This document shows positions 8,847-17,931 of a DNA stretch of 64,000 nt, piece by piece; position 1 is the first letter of the stretch, and every line of letters starts with the position of its first letter. The DNA is from Planctomycetota bacterium (GTDB lineage: Bacteria > Planctomycetota > UBA1135 > GCA-002686595): positions 670 through 64,669 of the forward strand of contig JAYUUV010000009.1 of the NCBI GenBank assembly GCA_043754695.1. Reading direction: 5' to 3'. Both the position numbers and the translations under genes were made by a program. Under the pieces are notes generated by a model that was not told the DNA's origin, ran no database searches, and saw nothing but the letters and a program-made list of their open reading frames with translations.

Positions 8847-9133
8847 GGGCGGTGTGGTGGGGGGCGGCGGCTTCGAATTTCGGGTCGTTGCGCGGGCGGG
8901 TTAGCTGGCTTGGCCGGAGACCTATAGGCCAGGCGGGCCCCAGGGGTTCGGGTCCCGGACTCCCAGGCCTCCGCTGCAGCCGCTGTTGAAGGTGAGGAGT
9001 CTCCCACAGTGCTCCAGCCTGTCAAGGCCTTGGAGTGGGGAGCAGCCCTCACCACTACATCTTGTGGTAAACGGCCGGAAGAGCCTGAGCCTCAACCAGG
9101 GCTGCTGGTTCGAGGCAGAAGTCAGGGCAGGAG

Positions 9134-9501
<368 letters not shown>

Positions 9502-9509
9502 CCGCGCCT

Positions 9510-9515
9510 AGCATA
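9510..9515 (-). promoter_or_regulatory. Candidate -10 box (TATGCT) for rnpB
   Basis: TATGCT on the minus strand lies about 8-10 nt upstream of the predicted P1 5' end. No convincing -35 was seen. Confidence 0.3.
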
Positions 9516-9619
9516 GACTGCCGCCCGCCGGCTTGGACCGGTCGAATCCCAAAGGATTCGTAGCCGACGGCCCGACAGCCCGGCGACCTTGGAACCCCAG
9601 CCCCCCCCAGAAGCCACGC

Positions 9620-11635
9620 ATGTTGTCTCTGCTACTCCCTTTTCTCCTGGCGCTGCCTGCGCCCCGCGCGACACTGCCGACGGAGACGTCGGGAGGGGTC
9701 GCGGCCTCGGTTGGGGACAAATTCGAGGAGCTCAAGGCCGCCTTCGATTTCGCCGCCGTCGGCGGCGACGCCAAGGCCCGGCATGCCGGGCTCGAAGCCT
9801 TGCTGTCTGGGTTCAATCCCGCCGCGGCCGGCGCGCTCGCGGCCGAGTACACGCGGATCACCGAGATCGTCGATGAGCAGGACGCGAACGCGCTCAAGGC
9901 GCGCGGCTTGATCGAGCGCAAGCAGGTCCTGATCGAACAGTGGAAGCAACGCTCCGCGACCGACGACGGAGCCATGCAGGCGCTCGAACGCGAGACCAAG
10001 GCGCTCGAGGAACAGAGGAAGGACTTGTACAAGTTCGAGGCCAAGCTCGACAAGGAGCGTCCCTGGCAGCAGGAACTTGCCGCTGCCACGACACGTTTGC
10101 TCACGGCTTTGCCCGCCGAGAAGCGCAAGAAACTGGAGACAGAGTTGCTCACCGATGCGACGGAACATCCGTCCGCGCCCGTGCGCCGGGCATCGATCGA
10201 TCTGCTCGGCACTGTCGGCGGGCAGGAAAGTGGTCTGGGGCTCGCGCGGCTGGCCCAAGGCCTGGGCGAGACCTGCGACAAACTCGAGGAGCGTTTGCCC
10301 AAGCTGATGAGCGAGGTGCACAAGATGGAAGCGCGCTTGGCCAAGGAAGCAGGCAAGCAGAACGACGGATTCTCGAAGGCCACCTACGAGCAATACGACG
10401 CCGTGAAACGCGACGCGGCCGAGCTGCGCACGAAAATCAGCGAGACCGATCGCCTGTGCGATCGCGCCGCCGCGGCTGCTGCGATCGCCCTCTCGCGGGG
10501 CAGCGGCAAGGAACAGGACGAGCTCGGCCCGACACTCCTGCGCGCATGGAAGAAAAGCAAGGGCCGCGGTCGGCGCGCGCTGCTCGAAGTGCTGTCCAGC
10601 GCACACTCAGACGCGCTCAGCGCCGCGTTGCGCGCTCAACTTGCGGCCGAGACGGAGCCCCTGTCGCGAGCCGAATGGATCGGCGCGTTGGTCGCTCAGT
10701 CGGACAGCGCGGTCATCCCCGACTTGATCCAGAAACATCTGCTCGACCCGGCCTGGGTCGTGCGCAGCAGCGCGGTGCGGGCGCTCGCGGAATTGCGTTC
10801 CAAGGAAGCCATCCCGGCTTTGATCGCGCGCCTCGCGCTCGAGGAAGGGCGCATGCGCACGGACATCGGCCTGGCACTCACTTCGCTGACGGCCAAGGAT
10901 TTCCACGGCAATGTCGAGCTCTGGCAGGGCTGGTGGAAGGACAACGCGGCCGCGTTCGCCGTGGCGCCCAAACGGCCGGGGAAAACCGCGCTCGACGAGG
11001 CCAAGGAGTCCTACGGCGTTTCCTTTTTCGGCATCAGCACCGAGAGCCAGCACGTCCTGTTCGTGATCGATTGTTCGCTGTCGATGAACTTCTCGATGAC
11101 GCCGAAGAACAACCCGACCGATGAACCCGGAAAGCCCTACGACACGCCGGACGAATCGAAGGGCGAATCCTCGCGGCTGTCTGCGGCCAAGCGCGATCTC
11201 GAGAAGGCGATCAGCGGCATCAAGGACGGCGGCGAGTTCAACATCATCGGCTACGCGGCCGACGTCTGGTCGTGGGACGACACACCCGCGGTCATGTCGT
11301 CGCAAACGCGCAAGGAAGCTCTGAGCTATGTCAACGCGCTCGAAGGCGCAGCGGGCACGAACATCTACTCGGCGCTGGAGCGGGCCTTCGACATGTCGGG
11401 CGCCAAGAGCGGCAGCGTCTGGAGCAAGCCTGCCTTCGACACGATTTTCTTCCTGACAGACGGCCGCGCCACGATCGGCGTGACCACGAACTCGGAAGAG
11501 ATCCTTGCCTACGTTCGCGAGCGCAACGCCAATGCGGGCATCGTGCTGCACACGATCGGATTGTCCGGAGCCCAGGATGCGCAATTGCTGCGACGACTCG
11601 CGGAAGAGAACCACGGACAGTACGTTGCGCGCTGA
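9620..11635 (+). CDS. Secreted coiled-coil / HEAT-repeat / von Willebrand factor A domain protein
   Basis: The ATG at 9620 gives a signal peptide MLSLLLPFLLALPAPRA, whereas the ORF-track start at 9533 is a TTG inside the rnpB promoter region. The C-terminal vWA domain has a MIDAS-like motif VLFVIDCSLSM, followed by TNIYSAL and FFLTDG. The central part has HEAT-like VRSSAVRALAEL. Confidence 0.8.
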   Translation: MLSLLLPFLLALPAPRATLPTETSGGVAASVGDKFEELKAAFDFAAVGGDAKARHAGLEALLSGFNPAAAGALAAEYTRITEIVDEQDANALKARGLIERKQVLIEQWKQRSATDDGAMQALERETKALEEQRKDLYKFEAKLDKERPWQQELAAATTRLLTALPAEKRKKLETELLTDATEHPSAPVRRASIDLLGTVGGQESGLGLARLAQGLGETCDKLEERLPKLMSEVHKMEARLAKEAGKQNDGFSKATYEQYDAVKRDAAELRTKISETDRLCDRAAAAAAIALSRGSGKEQDELGPTLLRAWKKSKGRGRRALLEVLSSAHSDALSAALRAQLAAETEPLSRAEWIGALVAQSDSAVIPDLIQKHLLDPAWVVRSSAVRALAELRSKEAIPALIARLALEEGRMRTDIGLALTSLTAKDFHGNVELWQGWWKDNAAAFAVAPKRPGKTALDEAKESYGVSFFGISTESQHVLFVIDCSLSMNFSMTPKNNPTDEPGKPYDTPDESKGESSRLSAAKRDLEKAISGIKDGGEFNIIGYAADVWSWDDTPAVMSSQTRKEALSYVNALEGAAGTNIYSALERAFDMSGAKSGSVWSKPAFDTIFFLTDGRATIGVTTNSEEILAYVRERNANAGIVLHTIGLSGAQDAQLLRRLAEENHGQYVAR

Positions 11636-11656
11636 AACCGTGGTAGGAAAACAAGC

Positions 11657-12550
11657 ATGAGCGCCGCACAACCGCTGACCACCTATCTCGAACTGCGCGA
11701 GTCCGCGCCTGATGGCAGCGAGGGCCAGGGGCTTTCGCATCAGTCTTCCGGACTGGTGTTGCTGCACGTGCTCGAAGTCGCGGCCTACGGCGAGCCCGTC
11801 GGTGGCGTGACCGTTGTTCACGACGCGGGTGATCACGGCGCACGCTACCTGTCGATCGCCCGCAGTCTGGCCGAAAGCCATTGGGCGGTCGCGCTGCCCG
11901 ACCTGCGCGGTCACGGCCGCTCCGAGGGGCCGCGCGGCCACAGCAATGGTTGGAACGAGGTGCTGCGCGACTTGCAGGCGGTCCAGAATCACCTGGCTTA
12001 TCGTTTGCCGGATGCCCCGAAGGTGCTGATCGGTCAGGGGCTCGGTGCGTTGTACGCGCTGAACTTCGCGCTCGAAAAACCGGGCGAGCTCGCAGGCTTG
12101 GTGCTGCTCGCGCCGCGCTGGACTCCGCAGTTCGAGGCGCCCAAGCCCGCCAGTGGTTTGAAGAAACTCTTCAAGAAGGTGTCTTCCACCGATCAGGGCC
12201 GCATTGGCAACCGGTCCGCGTTGCTCACGAACAGCGACGCGGAACGGCATCTGTGGGAAGCGGACACGCTCGTCCACGACACGATCAGTTTGCGCGCGAT
12301 TGCGCAAGCCGAGGAAATCGCCGCGCGCTGTCGCGCGAGTGCGGCCCTGCTGCGCGTGCCCACGCTCTTGATGCACGGCGACAAGGACGAGATCGCCGAT
12401 CCTGCAGGGAGCCGCGCGTACCGCTCGGGCCAGGTCGAACTATGCATGCTCGAAGGGCTGGCCCACGATCTATTGCACGAGCGCGGCAGCGATCGGATCA
12501 CGGCGCAGATCGCGGCCTGGCTTGCGGCGAAGATCGCGCGAGTCGGCTGA
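11657..12550 (+). CDS. Alpha/beta-hydrolase fold protein (lysophospholipase/monoacylglycerol-lipase-like) lacking the nucleophile Ser
   Basis: Shows VVHDAGDHGARY…PDLRGHGRSEG, then GQGLG where GxSxG is expected (nt 12032-12046), then later HGDKDEIADP and LAHDLLHE (Asp/His positions). Confidence 0.75.
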   Translation: MSAAQPLTTYLELRESAPDGSEGQGLSHQSSGLVLLHVLEVAAYGEPVGGVTVVHDAGDHGARYLSIARSLAESHWAVALPDLRGHGRSEGPRGHSNGWNEVLRDLQAVQNHLAYRLPDAPKVLIGQGLGALYALNFALEKPGELAGLVLLAPRWTPQFEAPKPASGLKKLFKKVSSTDQGRIGNRSALLTNSDAERHLWEADTLVHDTISLRAIAQAEEIAARCRASAALLRVPTLLMHGDKDEIADPAGSRAYRSGQVELCMLEGLAHDLLHERGSDRITAQIAAWLAAKIARVG

Positions 12551-12554
12551 TCGT

Positions 12555-12992
12555 CTAGCCCGGTTCGCCTGCTGCGATCCAGTCGCGCAGCAGGACCAAG
12601 GCCGAAAAGCTGTCCTTGAGCGCCTTGCGATCGCGGGGGCGCACCTGTGCGTCGCGCAGCAGATCCTCCGCCGCCTTGGTCGACAGGCGCTCGTCGACGA
12701 AGACCGCGCGCACGCCAAGGAATCTGGCCAGGAGCATCGCTGCAAACGCGCGCACTTCCGCCGCGCGCGGGCCTTCGCTGCCGTCCATGTTGCAGGGCAA
12801 GCCGATCACGAACACGTCGACGTCGCGCTCTTCGAGCAGCCGCGCGATGTAGTCGAAGAGCGCCGGTCCATTCGCATCGTCGCGCCAAGCCAGCAGCGGC
12901 GTGGTCGCAAGGCGCAAGGGATCGGCGACGGCAAATCCGCAGCGACGCGTGCCGTGATCGATGGCCAATGCCGAACGGCGCGACTTGTTCAC
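12555..12992 (-). CDS. ruvX: Putative pre-16S rRNA nuclease / Holliday junction resolvase-like YqgF
   Basis: ALAIDHGTRRCGFAV…DVFVIGLPCNMDGSEGPRA…VDERLST is the YqgF/RuvX signature. The GTG start overlaps the stop of the upstream gene (GTGA). Confidence 0.85.
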   Translation of the reverse strand: MNKSRRSALAIDHGTRRCGFAVADPLRLATTPLLAWRDDANGPALFDYIARLLEERDVDVFVIGLPCNMDGSEGPRAAEVRAFAAMLLARFLGVRAVFVDERLSTKAAEDLLRDAQVRPRDRKALKDSFSALVLLRDWIAAGEPG

Positions 12993-14050
12993 ACGTAAGG
13001 CGAGCGATCGTTGGTCATGCGTTCGACCAGCGTGCGCACCTGATCGGCGTGCTCGCGCGTGGTGACGAGCAGCGTGTCGCCCGAGCGCACCACGACCAGG
13101 TTGTCGACGCCAAGCAGCGCGACGAGTTGCCCCGCCTCGCCATAGACGATGTTGTTCGAGGCATCCAGCGCTTCGACGAGCGTGCCGCCGGTGACGCGAT
13201 TGCCGTTCGCGTCGGGTGCGAGCACGTCATCCATCGCGGACCACGCGCCGACGTCGCTCCAGAAGTAGTCGATCGGCAGCGTGCGCACGTCGCGCTCGCG
13301 CTCCATGACCGCGACGTCGATCGAAAGCTTGGGCAGGCTGGCATAGATCTTTTCCAGTTCCTGGCGCACGGGCAGACCCACGAGCGGCCGGATCACGCTT
13401 TGCGCGTGGCGCTCGAGGGCGCCGAGAATCGAGTCCGTGCGCCAGGCGAAGATTCCCGCGTTCCACAGAAAACCACCGCCGGCCAGGAACTCCCTGGCCC
13501 GCGTCTCATTCGGCTTCTCCACGAAACGACGCACGGCGAAGACCGGATGGGCGGCGCGATCGGCGAGGGCAGCGCCCAGTTCGATGTAGCCATAGCCCGT
13601 CGCGGCGCGCGTCGGCCGCACGCCGAAGGTGATCAGCGCGCGGCTCTCCGCCGCTTCGTCGCGACCGGCCCGCAGACTCGCGCGAAACTTTTCGACGGGC
13701 CGGATCACGTGGTCGGCCGGCAGCACGATCTGCACGGAATCAGGACTTCGTCGCGCGATCTCCAACGCCGCCCACGCCACGCATGCGGCTGTGTTGCGCG
13801 CACAGGGTTCGAGCAGCATGTTCTCGCGCGGCAGTTCGGGCAGTGCCTGTGCCAGCGCCTCGGCCTGGCTGTGTGCGCTGACGACTAGAGTGCGCTCCGG
13901 CGGAACGAGCCCTTCCAGGCGCGACAGCGTTTGCGCGACGAGCGAGCGCGGCTCGCCGATCGGCAAGTACTGCTTGGGCAATCGCCTGCGGCTCGCGGGC
14001 CACAAGCGTGTGCCGGAGCCCCCGGCCATGATCACGGCGAACGTTTCCAT
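12989..14050 (-). CDS. Mannose-1-phosphate guanylyltransferase (short form, no isomerase domain)
   Basis: METFAVIMAGGSGTRLWPASRRRLPKQYL is the nucleotidyltransferase G-loop. I prefer the ATG at 14050 over the TTG at 14089 used in the ORF track. Confidence 0.85.
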   Translation of the reverse strand: METFAVIMAGGSGTRLWPASRRRLPKQYLPIGEPRSLVAQTLSRLEGLVPPERTLVVSAHSQAEALAQALPELPRENMLLEPCARNTAACVAWAALEIARRSPDSVQIVLPADHVIRPVEKFRASLRAGRDEAAESRALITFGVRPTRAATGYGYIELGAALADRAAHPVFAVRRFVEKPNETRAREFLAGGGFLWNAGIFAWRTDSILGALERHAQSVIRPLVGLPVRQELEKIYASLPKLSIDVAVMERERDVRTLPIDYFWSDVGAWSAMDDVLAPDANGNRVTGGTLVEALDASNNIVYGEAGQLVALLGVDNLVVVRSGDTLLVTTREHADQVRTLVERMTNDRSPYV

Positions 14051-14105
14051 CGGCGGGGCACTTATGCGCTGCGCGGGCGCCGATCGCAAGCGCGCGCTGA
14101 ATTCC

Positions 14106-17100
14106 TCAGAAGCGGGTGGGCAGGGGACTCAGGCCTGGCAGGGGCAGTTCGCGCTTGCCGTGCTCGGTGGACTGAAAGAACGAGAGCGCGCCCTTGAGCA
14201 CGATTTGCGGCCGCGACATGTCTCCGCGCACGGAAACCGAAAGCAGGTTGTTCTGGATCCAGTACACCAGGCGCGTCAGCGGGCCCAGGCGATCCACCAG
14301 GCTGTAGCGAACGAAAAGGTCGTGGTTGAGGCGGCCGTCGAGATCCAGCGTGCCCGAGCCGACCAGTTGCACCAGCGGACTCTCCAAGTGGATCGCATCC
14401 ATGCGGATCACGCCGCCTCCAAGCGAAAAACGGCTCTTCATGCGCTCGAACACGGCGCTGGAGTCCAAGCCCAATTGCGAAAGCAGGTCGCGCATCACGG
14501 GGATCGACCACAGGCGCGTGTCGCGCATGTGCACCCAGCCGTCGCCGACGATGCCGGTCAACTTCTCCAGGCTGCCCTCGAGTCGGATCTCCGCGTCGAG
14601 GTAGCCCGTATCGGCGAATTCCGATTGGAACATGCCGCGCAGCAAGCCCTCGAGCAGCACATCGCGCAGCGCGAGTCCAAGTTCGAAACGGTAGGGATCG
14701 AGCAGGTCCATCGTGAACGCAGGCCCCGAAGCCGAGGTTCGCGCGCGCTCATCGGGGCCGTTGACCGCCGCCAGGTCGCCGATCCGGCCGCCCTCGAGTT
14801 CGCCCGACAAGTCGAGGATCGACAGCCGCGGCTGGATGTAGGTCACGAGCATGCGCGCCGACTGGAGTTTGCGATTCGCAATGCTGCCATCGAGTCCGTC
14901 GACCCGCGCCCAGGCGCGCACGTGGCCAGCTTCGAGTACCAGTTCGGACAGCTCCACCTGTGCGCGATGGATCGAGAGCGGCAAGCCGAGATCGACGTAC
15001 GCGTCGCGCGGGCGCACGTCGCCGGAGAGCACGAGTTTGGGGTTGCCGCGCTCGCTCTTGCCGAAGAAGTCGAGCTTCGCGTTCTCGAAATCGATCCAGC
15101 CCGAGAGGTGCAGGCGATCTATGGCCGCGCTGACGGTGTCCGGATCGAGGAACAGGCTCAGGTGTTCGCGATCGAGCGGCACTCCGCGCGCCTGCACGCC
15201 CGTGGTGAAGTGCACTGCGCCGTTCTCCTCGACGAAACGCGCGTCGTTGAGCGTGACGGCAGTACTGCCGAGGCGCGCCAGGATATGTTCGCCGGTCAGC
15301 ACGCCCTCGCGCTGCACGAGTTCGCCCCACAAACCGGAGAGCCCGAATCCGCCGCTGGTCTCGGTGCGGAACGAATTGTCGCGCAGGAAGACGCGGTACA
15401 CGCCGTCGTTGCGCAGCGGGCCGACTGCGGGAGTGGAAATCGAGACGTCTGCGTTGAAATCGATGCGACCGTCGATCGACAGCGCCTGCAGGTCGAACCC
15501 GCGCCCGCCGGAGCCGCCCGCGAACGCTTCGCGGAAGGCGCCGACCAGGCCGCGATTGGTCAGGTCGATACCCGCGCCGGCGACTTCGATGCGATCGGTG
15601 CCAGAGTCCCCGAACGTGGCAACGCAGGCGACGCGCGCATCCTGTGGCCATTCGCCGATCAGCGGAGCGATGCGTGTCGTGAACGAAGACACGCCCGCGC
15701 GCCCACCCTCGCTGCCCCGGACCACGACGCGGCCCTGCACGTTGCGCGTTGGAGTGGAAAAACTCGTCGGCGTCAACTGCACCTGTCGCGGCTCGATCTC
15801 GACGCGGAAGGCGATCGAATCGCCGGGCCGCCCCCGCGCCGCGCGCAGGTTCACATCGGCCTTGCCGGATGGCTGGAACATGTCGAGCGCCTTGCCCACG
15901 CCCGGCCAGGTCGCCGCGATCACTTCGCGGTCCGACCCGCGCAACGCCATGCCGCGCACGGCGACGTCGAAGTCCATCAACAGATCGTGTTCGTCGATTT
16001 TTGGAACGATCGGATGCTCGGCGTCGTGGAGCGCGAGCACGATCGTGGGGTCTTCCTGCACTCGACCGAGAACATGCACGCTCTCCGCGGTCGGAGTCGT
16101 GCCCGCCACGTCGAAGCTGATCCCGAACAGCGCGCGCGGATCGATCTCCAGGTCGATCCTGCCCTGTCCATGGTCGAGCGCGATCGGTAGGCCCTCCCAG
16201 GTCAATTGAAGGTCCTTGGGATAGACCTCGAAGTGTCCGGCCGTGCCGCCGCTGGCTGCGTCCGAGATGAGCCGGCCGATGCAGTCGGCCGTGCCCGCGG
16301 CGGGACGAAAGGCAGGCCAGATCCAGGCCGTGCCTTTGAGCCCTTCGACACCTTTGCGCATCGGCGTGCCGACGTTGAGTCCCTGTCCGCGGAAGTCGAG
16401 CACGACCTCGGGCATGCCTGGGGTGTTCGCAGTCTTGAGCGCGGCGGCGATGAGGCCGTCGACCTGCGACAGCGCCTTGCCGTTGCCGTCGTCGACGGGG
16501 TTCCCGACGAGTTCGAGCAGACCCACTTGGAACGCGCGCGCCTGGCTTGCGTCGAAGGCTGCAGCCACCCGGCCGCGCAGATTCTGGACCGGCACGGGGA
16601 AGCCCTGCCTCATACCGCCCGGATGGGGCTCGAAGCCCACGTAGGTTGCCCGAAAGTCGCCGTTCAGGCGGACATCGACAGCGCCGCTCCAGCGCTGCTC
16701 GCGATCGAGCGCCGCGGCGATCGCGAGATCCGCCTTGCCCTGCGGCGCGAGCGCGTGAAACGACTCGGAAGCGAGCGTCCACAGTCCGAGCTCCGCGAGC
16801 GAGTCGGGCGAAATCTCGCAGGACTTGATGCTGAGTTCGGCCGACAGGCTGCGCTGTGGCCCGGCTGCCTGGCCGAAGCGCGCGAACGCATCGAGTTCGG
16901 AGTCCCTCCAACGTCCGCGGCCGGCTGCCCTTGCGCTCCAGGAGCGCGGATCGAACCAACCGCGATCGGCTTCGACTTTGCAGTTCGCCTCCAGGTCGAT
17001 GTTGAGATCGCGCAGTGCCAGGCGGCTCGCGGCACGGGTCAGCGAGCCGGCCACGAGCCGCGCGCGCAACGCGAGGCTCGACGGAGTCTTTGGGTCGAGC

Positions 17101-17885
17101 GAGAGCTCTGCACGCGCGTCGATCGACAGCGTTCCGCTCGGATCCAGTTCGCGCAGGCCCTCGACATCGGTACCGGGCGGCAGCGCGGCCGTCGAAAGCG
17201 GAAAACCCGCCGTCGAAAGGTGCACGGACAGGATTCCCGCTCGCTCCACACGCCCCTGCATGTAGATCGCGGCTTCGCGATTGGCGGAGTCCGCAAGGCT
17301 TGGCGCGAGCACACCGCGCAGTTCCGCTCGGCCATCGGAGTCGTGGATGAACACCGCATCGACGGAACCGAGCGGGACGTCCCCCATGCGCGGATGCGTG
17401 ACGTCGAACTGTACGCCGTAGATTTCGATCGGCGGAAACGCCGCGACGTCGGCGAGGACTTGCGGCGGCGCCGCCCGCGGGCCGGAGTCCGCGCCGGCGC
17501 CCAGCGCGGCGAGCGCGTCGAACAATTCCGTCGAGAGCCGCACACGTCCACCGTCGATACGCACGTGCTTCACGCGCCGCGGCGGCGGCGCGAAGGGCGA
17601 GAGAATCAGGGTCGCGCGGTTGATGCGCGCCAGCCGGCCGTCGACCCCCAGCGTCAGTCCATGCAGCGTCAGCGCCGGAGTGAACCAGTCGAGCTCGATG
17701 TCCTCGACGTCGAAGTCCGTTCCGCTTTGCCCCAGCTCGCCGCGCACCCTGCCGCGCAGCATGTCCGCGAGCCAGCCGCTCTTTTCGAGCGTGTAGAGCA
17801 CGACGCCGCAGAACGCCAGCGTGCAGGCCAGCGCGAAACACGTGAACAGCAGCACGCGCCCGAAGATCTCAATCAGCCGCTTCAT
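14106..17885 (-). CDS. AsmA/TamB-family large envelope protein
   Basis: 1259 aa with a single N-terminal TM anchor (VLLFTCFALACTLAFCGVVLYTL), followed by a long beta-rich, Gly/Asp/Arg-rich body. The C-terminal segment …SVSVRGDMSRPQIVLKGAL resembles AsmA-like/TamB C-termini. This call is based on architecture. Confidence 0.6.
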   Translation of the reverse strand: MKRLIEIFGRVLLFTCFALACTLAFCGVVLYTLEKSGWLADMLRGRVRGELGQSGTDFDVEDIELDWFTPALTLHGLTLGVDGRLARINRATLILSPFAPPPRRVKHVRIDGGRVRLSTELFDALAALGAGADSGPRAAPPQVLADVAAFPPIEIYGVQFDVTHPRMGDVPLGSVDAVFIHDSDGRAELRGVLAPSLADSANREAAIYMQGRVERAGILSVHLSTAGFPLSTAALPPGTDVEGLRELDPSGTLSIDARAELSLDPKTPSSLALRARLVAGSLTRAASRLALRDLNIDLEANCKVEADRGWFDPRSWSARAAGRGRWRDSELDAFARFGQAAGPQRSLSAELSIKSCEISPDSLAELGLWTLASESFHALAPQGKADLAIAAALDREQRWSGAVDVRLNGDFRATYVGFEPHPGGMRQGFPVPVQNLRGRVAAAFDASQARAFQVGLLELVGNPVDDGNGKALSQVDGLIAAALKTANTPGMPEVVLDFRGQGLNVGTPMRKGVEGLKGTAWIWPAFRPAAGTADCIGRLISDAASGGTAGHFEVYPKDLQLTWEGLPIALDHGQGRIDLEIDPRALFGISFDVAGTTPTAESVHVLGRVQEDPTIVLALHDAEHPIVPKIDEHDLLMDFDVAVRGMALRGSDREVIAATWPGVGKALDMFQPSGKADVNLRAARGRPGDSIAFRVEIEPRQVQLTPTSFSTPTRNVQGRVVVRGSEGGRAGVSSFTTRIAPLIGEWPQDARVACVATFGDSGTDRIEVAGAGIDLTNRGLVGAFREAFAGGSGGRGFDLQALSIDGRIDFNADVSISTPAVGPLRNDGVYRVFLRDNSFRTETSGGFGLSGLWGELVQREGVLTGEHILARLGSTAVTLNDARFVEENGAVHFTTGVQARGVPLDREHLSLFLDPDTVSAAIDRLHLSGWIDFENAKLDFFGKSERGNPKLVLSGDVRPRDAYVDLGLPLSIHRAQVELSELVLEAGHVRAWARVDGLDGSIANRKLQSARMLVTYIQPRLSILDLSGELEGGRIGDLAAVNGPDERARTSASGPAFTMDLLDPYRFELGLALRDVLLEGLLRGMFQSEFADTGYLDAEIRLEGSLEKLTGIVGDGWVHMRDTRLWSIPVMRDLLSQLGLDSSAVFERMKSRFSLGGGVIRMDAIHLESPLVQLVGSGTLDLDGRLNHDLFVRYSLVDRLGPLTRLVYWIQNNLLSVSVRGDMSRPQIVLKGALSFFQSTEHGKRELPLPGLSPLPTRF

Positions 17886-17931
17886 TCAGGTGAACTTGGC
17901 GAAGATGCATCGAGCGCGCCTCGCTCGAGCC

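Noticed and set aside
8935-8975. tRNA/tmRNA-like T-arm (GGGGTTCGGGTCCCGG) in the spacer next to rnpB
   Set aside because: I could not build a proper 5-bp T-stem with a 7-nt loop, an acceptor stem or a CCA context on either strand. It is most likely a chance GC-rich resemblance.
9070-9100. SRP (4.5S) RNA, because of CGGCCGGAAGAGCC
   Set aside because: The conserved domain IV sequence (GGAAG..AGCA with symmetric and asymmetric loops and a GNAR tetraloop) is not reproduced on either strand.
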